A stretch of DNA of 20,458 nt from a virus (IMGVR_UViG_3300031787_000054), one strand, 5' to 3'; positions 1 through 7,797 are shown, numbered from the stretch's first letter. Numbers and translations are program-made. Notes: a model not told the origin generated them from the letters alone.

Positions 1-2
1 GA

Positions 3-1907
3 TGGAAAATATTCATTAGTACAACTGGTTCTGTATTATTTAATGGTGCTACATTTCTAGTTAATTCAGTGGATTTAGCTGACTTTATAGCATCTCCTCC
101 TACTTTTGGATTTGCAACAGGAAATGATCAAAAGGCTGTTTATAAATTACACGACAATAATAGCGTGATGTCTGCATCTACAACAATAACTGTAGCATCT
201 CCTGGTAAAGTAAATTATGTTTCTCACCCTTTTCATGTAAACGACCCTGTTATTTTTATATACGGAACTTTACCAACAGGTTTAGCTTTAAACACAACAT
301 ATTATGTTAGAAATCCATCAGCAAACGATTTTGAATTATCTGCTACAGTAGGTGGAGCTTCTATAAATACTACAGGAGCAGGAGGAACTGCTCAAATTTC
401 TGGAGTATATTACCAAACTTCAATAGCTGGTTCTATTTTAGATTTATCAGGAAATAAATTATATGTGCATAATGGTGTAGCAGCTACTCATCAATACCAT
501 GTTTATAACACAAATACTGCTCCAACATATTCTAAACAATCAGCATTGGTTGTAGATGATGTAGGTGACACTATTCAATATACAGCACATCCTTTTCAAA
601 ATAACGATCCTATTTTTATTACAGACTTGGTTGGTGGAACTGGATTAACAAATAATACAAACTATTTCGTAAGAAATGCAACAGCTAATACATTTCAATT
701 ATCAGCTACTTCTGGTGGAGCTGTTATAAATATAACAGTAGCAGGAACAGCTTCTGTTGGTAGATCATTTGGAACAACTAGTGCATTATTTTCTCATAAG
801 ACTGCAAATTTACCAGCATTAACTGGTACACTTCTTGCATCCGACTCAGAAGATTTTGCTCAACCACAACATACTACAAATTCTGGATTTAATTGTGCAT
901 TCTTTGCTACAACAATTAACTTATATTTAGGTAGATTATCAGAACTAACAGCAGGAGCTACAACTTGGGCATCTCTTGTAACTTCAAATTTATTAGGTAC
1001 AACTAATCAAATAACAGCACCTACAGCGTCTTTAGCAACATGGTCTAACGTATTAGATTCTGCATTTTTTATTACTAACGCATCAATTATCATACAAAAG
1101 AAAGTAGTAAACAATCAACTAGAGTATATTTTTGGTGGAGTTTCAAATAACTTTTACGAAGCATTTTCTATACCAGAGACAGTTGAACTTGAAGGTTTAT
1201 CTTTTACTGGTATGGATGTAGAAGATGGTGTTTTATTCATGATAGGAAGTACAACAGGACAAAGAGGATTATTCACTGTTGATTTAAGATCAGACTCTGT
1301 ACATGATTATTCTTATATGGTAACTCCTGTATTAAACACTCCTTCTGCTGTTTATAAAGTAGTAACTAGTGTTGAGGCATTATTTGAGAAAACAGGAAAT
1401 ATAAAAGTACAATATAGGACTTCAGGTTTTGGAAGTATTTCTGGAGGATGGACAAACGTAACATCTTTTTCTGACTTATCAGGACTAGCAACTGGAGCAC
1501 AAGTTCAGTTTAAGATTCTATTTAATATGCAATCAGAAGGAAGTTCTACTCCTGCACAAGTTAGTGAGTTATATTTAGGATATAGCACAATTACTGAATC
1601 TTCTGAAAATTGGGAGTTCTCTGATGATAATTCAGTAAATACTGTACCATCTAGAATTGCATATAGATTGAAAAATGTTTATGCTACTTCGGTTCCTACA
1701 TTGTATTTTAGAGCACATGATTTATCGGACACTCTATTAACTACTAAAAATACAGTAACAAATGTTAGTGAATTCGAATACTCAACAGATAATGGCTTTA
1801 CTTGGCTTCCATTAGGAACTATACCTAACACAGTAGGAACTTTAGTAAGATATTCACTACCTAGTGGTTTTGGTGTAGACATAAGACCTTCTATTAAAGA
1901 GGAATAA
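3..1907 (+). CDS. Large beta-rich virion-associated protein (fibre/adhesin-like), 5'-truncated by the window edge
   Basis: The frame of the 69..1907 ORF is open back to base 3 (WKIFISTTGSVLFNGATFLVNSVDLADF...), so the GTG at 69 is probably not the real start. The protein is Thr/Ser/Gly/Asn-rich and has two ~55-aa repeats HPFxxNDP-I...TxYxVRNxxANxFxLSATxGGAxIN at 225-392 and 588-752. Confidence 0.6.
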   Translation, partial: WKIFISTTGSVLFNGATFLVNSVDLADFIASPPTFGFATGNDQKAVYKLHDNNSVMSASTTITVASPGKVNYVSHPFHVNDPVIFIYGTLPTGLALNTTYYVRNPSANDFELSATVGGASINTTGAGGTAQISGVYYQTSIAGSILDLSGNKLYVHNGVAATHQYHVYNTNTAPTYSKQSALVVDDVGDTIQYTAHPFQNNDPIFITDLVGGTGLTNNTNYFVRNATANTFQLSATSGGAVINITVAGTASVGRSFGTTSALFSHKTANLPALTGTLLASDSEDFAQPQHTTNSGFNCAFFATTINLYLGRLSELTAGATTWASLVTSNLLGTTNQITAPTASLATWSNVLDSAFFITNASIIIQKKVVNNQLEYIFGGVSNNFYEAFSIPETVELEGLSFTGMDVEDGVLFMIGSTTGQRGLFTVDLRSDSVHDYSYMVTPVLNTPSAVYKVVTSVEALFEKTGNIKVQYRTSGFGSISGGWTNVTSFSDLSGLATGAQVQFKILFNMQSEGSSTPAQVSELYLGYSTITESSENWEFSDDNSVNTVPSRIAYRLKNVYATSVPTLYFRAHDLSDTLLTTKNTVTNVSEFEYSTDNGFTWLPLGTIPNTVGTLVRYSLPSGFGVDIRPSIKEE

Positions 1908-1909
1908 AA

Positions 1910-3259
1910 ATGTCAGATATATTAGTTACCGATAGAGCATATATCTCAATTCCTGATGCTTGTGTGGACGATCTAACTCCTCCAACATTTGCGGGACTTG
2001 ATACATTAGATGTTGAATCTAGAGGTCAAATTAGAGCAACATGGTTAGCAGGAACTGATATTAGTAACCCTGTAAGATATGAGATTTACATACAAGCTTC
2101 TACTAATGTTGGACTATTTAATACTGCAAACATAGTAGCTATTACTCCTAATTTACAATATGATATATTTACAATGCCAGATGGTTCATTTTTAGTAAAT
2201 GGAACCACATATCACGTAGGAGTTAGAGCAATTGACGCTCTATCTAATAGAGATGCCAACTTAGTTTCTGATTCTGTCATTTCCACTGGTATTTTAACTT
2301 CTATTGATGTATACAATGTTAATGGGGCATTTGCAATAAGTGCTTCTAACCAATTTCAAGGTACATTATGGTGTTTAAAGAACTCAGGACTAGCTACATC
2401 AAGTAATGCCACAATGGGAACAGCTTCTTATCAGGTATATGATAAAGCAGGAAATCCTGTAGTAGGTATGACTCAATCTGGTATTTCTGCTGATTCTAAT
2501 GGACAATATAAAATTACAGCTATATCTAACTCTCTAAGTGAATCATTAGAGCATTACATGGTTAAAATCGATATTACAGTAGATGGAGCAATTAGGTCTG
2601 GATATGTAGCTCTTATTCAAAAAGCACCAGAATATAATATCGAAGGTGTTATGTCTATCGATAGTGCTTCTGATTTACAAGGTTCTTTCTGGATTACTGA
2701 GAATGAGAAGATTAAAACTTCAGGTCTTGGAACAGCTTCATATACTATTTATGATGCTGCTGGTAATGCTGTAGTAGGAATGACTGAATCTGGAATTTCT
2801 GCTGACGGTAATGGTTTATTTAAGATTACTCCAGTAGCTTCTGCTCTTAATCAAGAATTATCTTTATATTCTGTAAAAGTAACAATAAATGCAGATGGTA
2901 TTAATAGAAGTGATTTCTTACCTATCCAAGGTAAAATACCTTCTTATGAATGTAAAGCTGTATTTTCAATAAATGCTTCTAATCAATTAGAGGCTACGTT
3001 ATGGGGAACAGCAGATGGAATTATACGATCTGGAGCAAGCTTAGGAACTGCTTCTTATACTATATACGATGTTGATGGAGTAGCTGTTGTTGGTCTTACT
3101 GAGTCAGGAATTGTTGCAGATGGTAATGGTAGATTTCAAATTACTCCAGTAAGTGCTATATTACTTACAGACTTAACACATTTTACAGCAACAATTAATA
3201 TTGAAATAGATGGAGTAGTAAGACAGAGTATTAAAGGCTTTACTCTTTTAGGAACATAA
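1910..3259 (+). CDS. Fibronectin type III domain plus three tandem Ig-like repeats; putative virion surface adhesin/decoration protein (449 aa)
   Basis: The N-terminal PPTFAGL...IRATW...YEIY...YHVGVRAID pattern is typical of FN3. Three ~105-aa repeats start at 2312, 2633 and 2945 and share GTASYxxYDxxGxxVVGxTxSGIxADxNGxxxIT. GAGGA lies upstream, within the end of the previous gene. Confidence 0.6.
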   Translation: MSDILVTDRAYISIPDACVDDLTPPTFAGLDTLDVESRGQIRATWLAGTDISNPVRYEIYIQASTNVGLFNTANIVAITPNLQYDIFTMPDGSFLVNGTTYHVGVRAIDALSNRDANLVSDSVISTGILTSIDVYNVNGAFAISASNQFQGTLWCLKNSGLATSSNATMGTASYQVYDKAGNPVVGMTQSGISADSNGQYKITAISNSLSESLEHYMVKIDITVDGAIRSGYVALIQKAPEYNIEGVMSIDSASDLQGSFWITENEKIKTSGLGTASYTIYDAAGNAVVGMTESGISADGNGLFKITPVASALNQELSLYSVKVTINADGINRSDFLPIQGKIPSYECKAVFSINASNQLEATLWGTADGIIRSGASLGTASYTIYDVDGVAVVGLTESGIVADGNGRFQITPVSAILLTDLTHFTATINIEIDGVVRQSIKGFTLLGT

Positions 3260-3810
3260 TGGCAACAAGAAAGTTAATAGCTGACATTTCTTCTGAAGAT
3301 AGTCAAATCCTTAAAATGGATTCTATTAGTCGTTACATTGTAAACAGTAACAATGATTGGCAATTTATATTTAATGCTAATTCAGATTTTACAAATAGTG
3401 TTCAGATTCCTAAAATTGCAGCAGAGTTCGATACTGAAAATTTAAGTAAGATTAGAATGACTGCTTATTTATATAATACAACTAATGGAACTATAGATAA
3501 TGCATCTAGTTGTAGCTTTAAGATATTTAGAGTAGAAAAATTAGTAAATCCTAGATGGAATGATAACTTAGTGACTACTATTTCTGGAACACAGGAAGCT
3601 AATAGTTATTATTTTGCAGATATAGATACAAGCTCAGTAACTGGAGCTAATTTAGATGGAGATACTACTTTAATGATAGAAGCTACTATTGTTAGATTAG
3701 GAAGATCGTATAAAGACAGAGTATATGTTAATCATCTTGGAGTTTATGATAGTATTATCAGATTAAGACAAGATGTTGAATGGTTAGATATTTCTAAGTT
3801 AGACGAATAA
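3259..3810 (+). CDS. Hypothetical protein (183 aa), probably virion-associated beta-sandwich protein
   Basis: Translationally coupled to the previous gene (TAATG) and has an alternating hydrophobic beta-strand pattern. No family recognised. Confidence 0.55.
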   Translation: MATRKLIADISSEDSQILKMDSISRYIVNSNNDWQFIFNANSDFTNSVQIPKIAAEFDTENLSKIRMTAYLYNTTNGTIDNASSCSFKIFRVEKLVNPRWNDNLVTTISGTQEANSYYFADIDTSSVTGANLDGDTTLMIEATIVRLGRSYKDRVYVNHLGVYDSIIRLRQDVEWLDISKLDE

Positions 3811-3821
3811 AAGGATAAAAA

Positions 3822-4277
3822 ATGAGATTACATGCTTTTCTAAGAGAAAATGTAGTAGTAAAAGTAGAGTCTATTGACGAGGCTCAATATGCTGAACAGA
3901 TAAAAGATTACCAAAACATTATTGATGTACAAGATTTATTAATAACTCCTTCAGTTGGTTATATTTTAAGTGGTAATCAATTAGTTCCAGGAGTGGGACA
4001 ATCTGTAAGTGTTAAGCAAATGATTATTGCAAAACTTACAAACTATCAAGCAGTCGCTCCGGCATTACTAAAAGATTTGTATGCTGATAATACGTTAATG
4101 GGAATAACAGCAGCTCAATCTGATGCTATGTTTGATGAATATCAAGACGTTATTGTTAGATTATCACAAGGTGCATTTCCTACTGCTATTTATAGATTAC
4201 AACAGAAAACACCTTCTGGATTTGTAACACAAGAGTTAATTGATAATTGGATAATTAGAATTCAAGTCTATTTATAA
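3822..4277 (+). CDS. Putative tail-fibre assembly chaperone-like protein (151 aa)
   Basis: AAGGA RBS upstream. The N-terminal HAFLRENVVVKV...TPSVGYILSGNQL and the later MGITAAQSDAMF resemble motifs (YAxIxxGxV...PxIGWxYxG; LGLTxxQIDALF) I associate with small phage fibre chaperones. Recognised by eye only. Confidence 0.4.
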   Translation: MRLHAFLRENVVVKVESIDEAQYAEQIKDYQNIIDVQDLLITPSVGYILSGNQLVPGVGQSVSVKQMIIAKLTNYQAVAPALLKDLYADNTLMGITAAQSDAMFDEYQDVIVRLSQGAFPTAIYRLQQKTPSGFVTQELIDNWIIRIQVYL

Positions 4278-4279
4278 TA

Positions 4280-4777
4280 ATGAAAAAAATAATAATAGGA
4301 TTCTCAAAAACAGATCAGATATTTTCTAAAGCTATTATGTGTTTAGAAGATATTGATTTTTCTCATGTCTACTTTAATTTTTATTCTGAATCACTAGAAA
4401 GGAATATTATATATCATGCTAGTTTCTTTAATGGTGTTAGTTTTATAAATAAAGAAAGATTTTTGGAAGTATCAGAAATAGTTCACGAAGTTGAAATACA
4501 ATACACAGACGAAGAATATAAAAAACTAATGCAGTATATGATTGATAAAGCTGGTATAAAATATGGTAAATTACAAATTTTAGGTATGGGATTATCTAGA
4601 GTATTAAGGAAAATAGGAATTAAAATAGCTAATCCTGTAAAAGACGGTAGCTTAACTCAAGTATGTAGTGAGATTGTTGGTGAAGGATTAAAACGTAAAG
4701 GACTTATAGATAAATCTGTTGATTTTGAAGAAGAAGGTCCAGGATATATTTACAATGCGATTAAGAATAAGAGATAA
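4280..4777 (+). CDS. Circularly permuted papain-like (NlpC/P60, YiiX/YaeF-type) cysteine amidase/peptidase (165 aa)
   Basis: His precedes Cys: F-S-H29-V, I-Y-H46-A, G-I-K-Y95, V-C129-S-E. This is the diagnostic order and motif set of permuted NlpC/P60 enzymes. Confidence 0.78.
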   Translation: MKKIIIGFSKTDQIFSKAIMCLEDIDFSHVYFNFYSESLERNIIYHASFFNGVSFINKERFLEVSEIVHEVEIQYTDEEYKKLMQYMIDKAGIKYGKLQILGMGLSRVLRKIGIKIANPVKDGSLTQVCSEIVGEGLKRKGLIDKSVDFEEEGPGYIYNAIKNKR

Positions 4778-4922
4778 GAGATTATCTAAAACTAATTCAG
4801 TTAAACAGAACAAAATCAATAATGTTCGTAGTAAATATTATTTTTATAAGAAAATATCATTAGCTTTAATTATATTAAACATTATATCGTTTATTGTATT
4901 ATATAAACTAACAACTATTTAA
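4755..4922 (+). CDS. Small basic protein with one C-terminal transmembrane helix (55 aa from ATG 4755; 67 aa from 4719)
   Basis: AGGA at 4741-4744 precedes ATG 4755. A Lys/Arg-rich N-terminus is followed by hydrophobic ISLALIILNIISFIVLY. The ORF fills an otherwise non-coding gap, but AT-rich DNA readily yields such peptides. Confidence 0.35.
   Translation: MRLRIRDKRLSKTNSVKQNKINNVRSKYYFYKKISLALIILNIISFIVLYKLTTI
4909..4918 (+). promoter_or_regulatory. TAACAACTAT motif copy 1, candidate phage late promoter for the scaffold gene
   Basis: Exact 10-mer shared with 6018, 7788 and 14227; 70 nt upstream of ATG 4989. Confidence 0.6.
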
Positions 4923-4974
4923 TGAACTACCCAATAACGGGCGTTCAAACTAACCTCTATCCAATAAGGACGAG
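4923..4974 (+). promoter_or_regulatory. Tandem RNA hairpins in the scaffold 5' leader (candidate translational operator)
   Basis: Hairpin 1: TGAAC/GTTCA, TA/C internal loop, CCC/GGG, loop AATAAC (4923-4947). Hairpin 2: CTC/GAG, TA/C internal loop, TCC/GGA, loop AATAA (4955-4974). The SD AGGAG follows at 4978-4982. Confidence 0.6.
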
Positions 4975-4988
4975 TGTAGGAGAAAAAT

Positions 4989-5966
4989 ATGTCAGAAGAA
5001 ACAAGTGCTCCAGTGGAAGCATCCGCTGAAGTTCAAGAACAAGCCCCTGTAGAAGGTCAAGAACAAGTAGCTCAAGAACAGGTTCAAACAGAACAGTCTA
5101 AACAAGAAGCAAAGAAAGAAGCTGAAGTTAAGAAGAAACTTAAACAGTTAAAGATTAAATTTAACGGTAGAGAGTTTAACGAAGAACTTCCTTTCGAAAT
5201 CGACGATGACCCTAAAGCTATTGAGTACATGACCAAACAACTTCAATTCGCTAAGATGGCAACACATAGTGCACAAGAGAAAGCATTGTTAGAGAAAGAC
5301 GTAATGTCGTTCTTTCAACAATTAAAAGAGAATCCAAGAAAAGCTCTTAATAATCCAAATTTCGGTGTTGACCTAAAGAAACTAGCTACTGAGATTTTAG
5401 AAGAAGAGATTGCTAATTCAAGAAAGTCTCCAGAACAATTAAAAATTGAAGAATATGAAAGAAAGTTAAAAGAGTTTGAAGAAGAAAAGAAAGTAAAAGA
5501 AGAAGAGCTTAGACAAACCAAGTATCAGAAATTAGTAGATGATCAGTATTCTTATTATGATAACGAAATGAGCAAAGCTATCAGTAAGTTGGGATTACCT
5601 GATAGTCCTTATGTTATTAAGAAAGCAACTGACTATATTATCTATAGTATTGAAAATAACAAAGATGTCGATGTTGAAGCTATCATGAATGTTGTCAAAG
5701 ATGAATATTCTAATGACATTAAAGATATGTTACCTAGAATGAGTCCAGCTCAACTTAAAGATTTCTTTCAAACAATGAGTCCTGAGATTATAGAAGAAAT
5801 TATTGGTGAAGAAAAGATTGATCAAATCCGCAAGAAGAAGCTAGCTCAAGCTCGTCAAAAACAAGCACCAGCTAAGCCTAATATACTAGATACGGGTAAA
5901 ACAGGAAATGAACAATCTAATAAGAAAGTTGAAGTTAAGTCTTATAGAGACTTCTTTGGTGTATAA
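4989..5966 (+). CDS. Capsid scaffolding protein (325 aa)
   Basis: Acidic Glu/Gln-rich disordered N-terminus, LKIKFNGREFNEEL motif (like the KVKVDGEExEV of phage scaffolds), long charged helical/coiled-coil body and basic C-terminal tail. It has a strong AGGAG RBS and lies shortly before the major capsid gene. Confidence 0.8.
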   Translation: MSEETSAPVEASAEVQEQAPVEGQEQVAQEQVQTEQSKQEAKKEAEVKKKLKQLKIKFNGREFNEELPFEIDDDPKAIEYMTKQLQFAKMATHSAQEKALLEKDVMSFFQQLKENPRKALNNPNFGVDLKKLATEILEEEIANSRKSPEQLKIEEYERKLKEFEEEKKVKEEELRQTKYQKLVDDQYSYYDNEMSKAISKLGLPDSPYVIKKATDYIIYSIENNKDVDVEAIMNVVKDEYSNDIKDMLPRMSPAQLKDFFQTMSPEIIEEIIGEEKIDQIRKKKLAQARQKQAPAKPNILDTGKTGNEQSNKKVEVKSYRDFFGV

Positions 5967-6016
5967 GTTATTGATTTTATTAGATAAGTGAATATTTATT
6001 ATAAGTTATTGATTTT
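5962..6016. repeat. Perfect 17-bp direct repeat TATAAGTTATTGATTTT (5962-5978, 6000-6016); each copy contains an IHF-consensus site on the - strand
   Basis: The reverse complement of TAAGTTATTGATT is AATCAATAACTTA, which fits WATCAANNNNTTR. The copies start 38 bp apart. Confidence 0.7.
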
Positions 6017-6017
6017 T

Positions 6018-6027
6018 TAACAACTAT
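6018..6027 (+). promoter_or_regulatory. TAACAACTAT motif copy 2, candidate late promoter for the capsid operon
   Basis: Exact 10-mer, 130 nt upstream of ATG 6158 and directly after the second 17-bp repeat. Confidence 0.6.
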
Positions 6028-6157
6028 TTACGTATCGAAGTGTTTTCTTCTCTCGATGACTTGTTATAACCTTAAGTGGGTAACAATATCTGAACAGTAG
6101 TTTGTAAACATCTGAGTACGTTAGAATAATGGTCTTGTAAATTAAGGAGAAATTAAA

Positions 6158-6442
6158 ATGAGTTTTCAAGCAAAAAATTCTGCCATACAGGATAGACAAC
6201 TAAAAGTTCAAGAGTTAGTTATTCCACATGGTAGTTCACTGTACGAAGTAGACGGTGGAGATGTAGTAATTGATATTGGCGAAAACGTCAAATCAGTAGA
6301 GTGTTGTCATTTATCAGATGATTCAGCAGGAGAAATTGTTGTTATCCCTCAAGCGGATATCAGTATTTCTGGTTCTGAAATCACAGCAACGGTAACGATC
6401 GCTGCTAATGATAGATTAATTTTAAAATATATCGTTGAGTAA
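6158..6442 (+). CDS. Small acidic beta-rich protein (94 aa), possible capsid decoration/cement protein
   Basis: Strong AAGGAG RBS and position between scaffold and major capsid genes. The function is inferred from position only. Confidence 0.5.
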   Translation: MSFQAKNSAIQDRQLKVQELVIPHGSSLYEVDGGDVVIDIGENVKSVECCHLSDDSAGEIVVIPQADISISGSEITATVTIAANDRLILKYIVE

Positions 6443-6457
6443 TAGAGGAGAAATACA

Positions 6458-7717
6458 ATGAGTAATACAGCAAACGAATTATCGACGCTGAATGGATTTT
6501 TTAAAGAAACTTATGCAGATAAGCTTAAAGAATTGATTCCAGATGGCGTTAAATTATTAAACAAAATTAAGTTCATGGCTAAACAAAAACAGCCAGGTAA
6601 CTTCTTTCACCAACCATTAATCCTTGGTATGGAGCACGGTGTGACTTTCGCTGGTTCAGACGAAGACGCATTTAACTTAAATCCACCAGTTGCTGGTCAG
6701 ATTAAAGATGCTTCTGTTAAAGGTTCACCACTAGTAATGAGATCATTATTAGGATACGTTGCAGCTTCAAGAGCAGCACAAGGTGGAGCACAAGCTTTCG
6801 AAGACGCTACTAAATTTTTAGTTGCTAACATGCTTCGATCAATGGCTAAGAAATTAGAAATCCAAATGCTTTATGGTCAAAAATCATACGGTGCGATTTC
6901 TGCTGTTTCTGGTGCTACTTTAACAATTAAGACTTCTGAATGGGCACCTGGTATTTGGGCTGGTGCAGAAAATATGCCGATTGAAATCAGAACGTATCAA
7001 GCTGCTGGTGACACACCATCGTCTTCTTCTTCTGTAGGTGAAGCTATCGTTAAATCTGTTGATTTAAATGCTAGAACAATCACTCTTCAAGCTGCTGTTT
7101 CTGGTATCACAGTTACTGCTAACCAAGAAGATGTTATTTTCCACAAAGGTGCTTTCGGTAACGAATTCCCTGGTATCCACAAAATTATCTCTCAATCAAC
7201 TGGTTCTTTATTTGGAATCAACGTTGGAGATTACAATATGTATCGTGGTAACACATACGATGCAGGTTCTGCTAACCTTTCATTTGCTAAGTTAAACCAA
7301 GCTTTAACAAGAGCAGTTGAAAAAGGATTAGACGGAAAAGTTCTAGTTCTTTGTAACCCTCGTACATGGGCTTCAATGCTTAATAACGAGTTAACTTTAA
7401 GACAATACGATCAGTCTTATTCAAGTGCTAAATTAGAAAACGGTTCTAAAACATTGAAGTTTTTCTCACAAAATGGGGAAATGGAGATTGAACCTTCTAT
7501 TTACGTAAAAGAAGGATATTGTTATATTCTTTCTCTTGAAGATTGGACAAGAATCGGTTCAAGCGATGTTTCTTTCAAACGTCCAGGTAAAGGCGATGAG
7601 TTTTTCCGTGACCTTGAGAACTCAGCAGCTTATGAATTAAGACTATTTACTGACCAGTGTATCTTCACAAGTTCAGTTGGTAGAAACGTTTTAGTTCACG
7701 GAATTGTCAATTCATAA
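6458..7717 (+). CDS. Major capsid protein (419 aa; HK97 fold inferred)
   Basis: GAGGAG RBS; typical capsid size; N-terminal LNGFFKETYADKLKELIP; visibly biased codon usage (many TTC/AAC/GCT/CGT) consistent with high expression. It follows the scaffold gene and is followed by an intrinsic terminator. Confidence 0.87.
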   Translation: MSNTANELSTLNGFFKETYADKLKELIPDGVKLLNKIKFMAKQKQPGNFFHQPLILGMEHGVTFAGSDEDAFNLNPPVAGQIKDASVKGSPLVMRSLLGYVAASRAAQGGAQAFEDATKFLVANMLRSMAKKLEIQMLYGQKSYGAISAVSGATLTIKTSEWAPGIWAGAENMPIEIRTYQAAGDTPSSSSSVGEAIVKSVDLNARTITLQAAVSGITVTANQEDVIFHKGAFGNEFPGIHKIISQSTGSLFGINVGDYNMYRGNTYDAGSANLSFAKLNQALTRAVEKGLDGKVLVLCNPRTWASMLNNELTLRQYDQSYSSAKLENGSKTLKFFSQNGEMEIEPSIYVKEGYCYILSLEDWTRIGSSDVSFKRPGKGDEFFRDLENSAAYELRLFTDQCIFTSSVGRNVLVHGIVNS

Positions 7718-7742
7718 TTGGTTCCAATTGAATGTTCTTACT

Positions 7743-7774
7743 AAGCCCGATGCAATGTCGGGCTTTTTTATTTT
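7743..7774 (+). terminator. Rho-independent terminator after the major capsid gene
   Basis: AAGCCCGA-tgcaatg-TCGGGCTT stem-loop followed by TTTTATTTT. Confidence 0.9.
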
Positions 7775-7787
7775 AAGAGTCCTATAT

Positions 7788-7797
7788 TAACAACTAT
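7788..7797 (+). promoter_or_regulatory. TAACAACTAT motif copy 3, candidate late promoter re-initiating after the capsid terminator
   Basis: Exact 10-mer, 13 nt after the terminator U-tract and 28 nt before ATG 7826. Confidence 0.62.

Noticed and set aside
69-71. GTG at 69 as the start of the first CDS
   Set aside because: The frame is open to the window edge and there is no RBS before the GTG, so the gene almost certainly starts upstream.
4923-6016. CRISPR-like or mini-array interpretation of the short direct repeats
   Set aside because: Only two copies each, no repeat-spacer periodicity, and no cas genes.
7068-7295. Alternative-frame ORF inside the capsid gene, or a T7 10A/10B-style frameshift extension
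   Set aside because: The ORF is internal, has no RBS and would give a truncated product. At the real 3' end there is no obvious slippery heptamer and a terminator follows within 30 nt.
7701-7729. Two short adjacent palindromes at the capsid stop (GAATTG-T-CAATTC; AATTGG-TT-CCAATT)
   Set aside because: 6-bp AT-rich arms with loops too short for RNA hairpins. One lies in coding sequence and neither recurs elsewhere that I could see, so they are compatible with chance.
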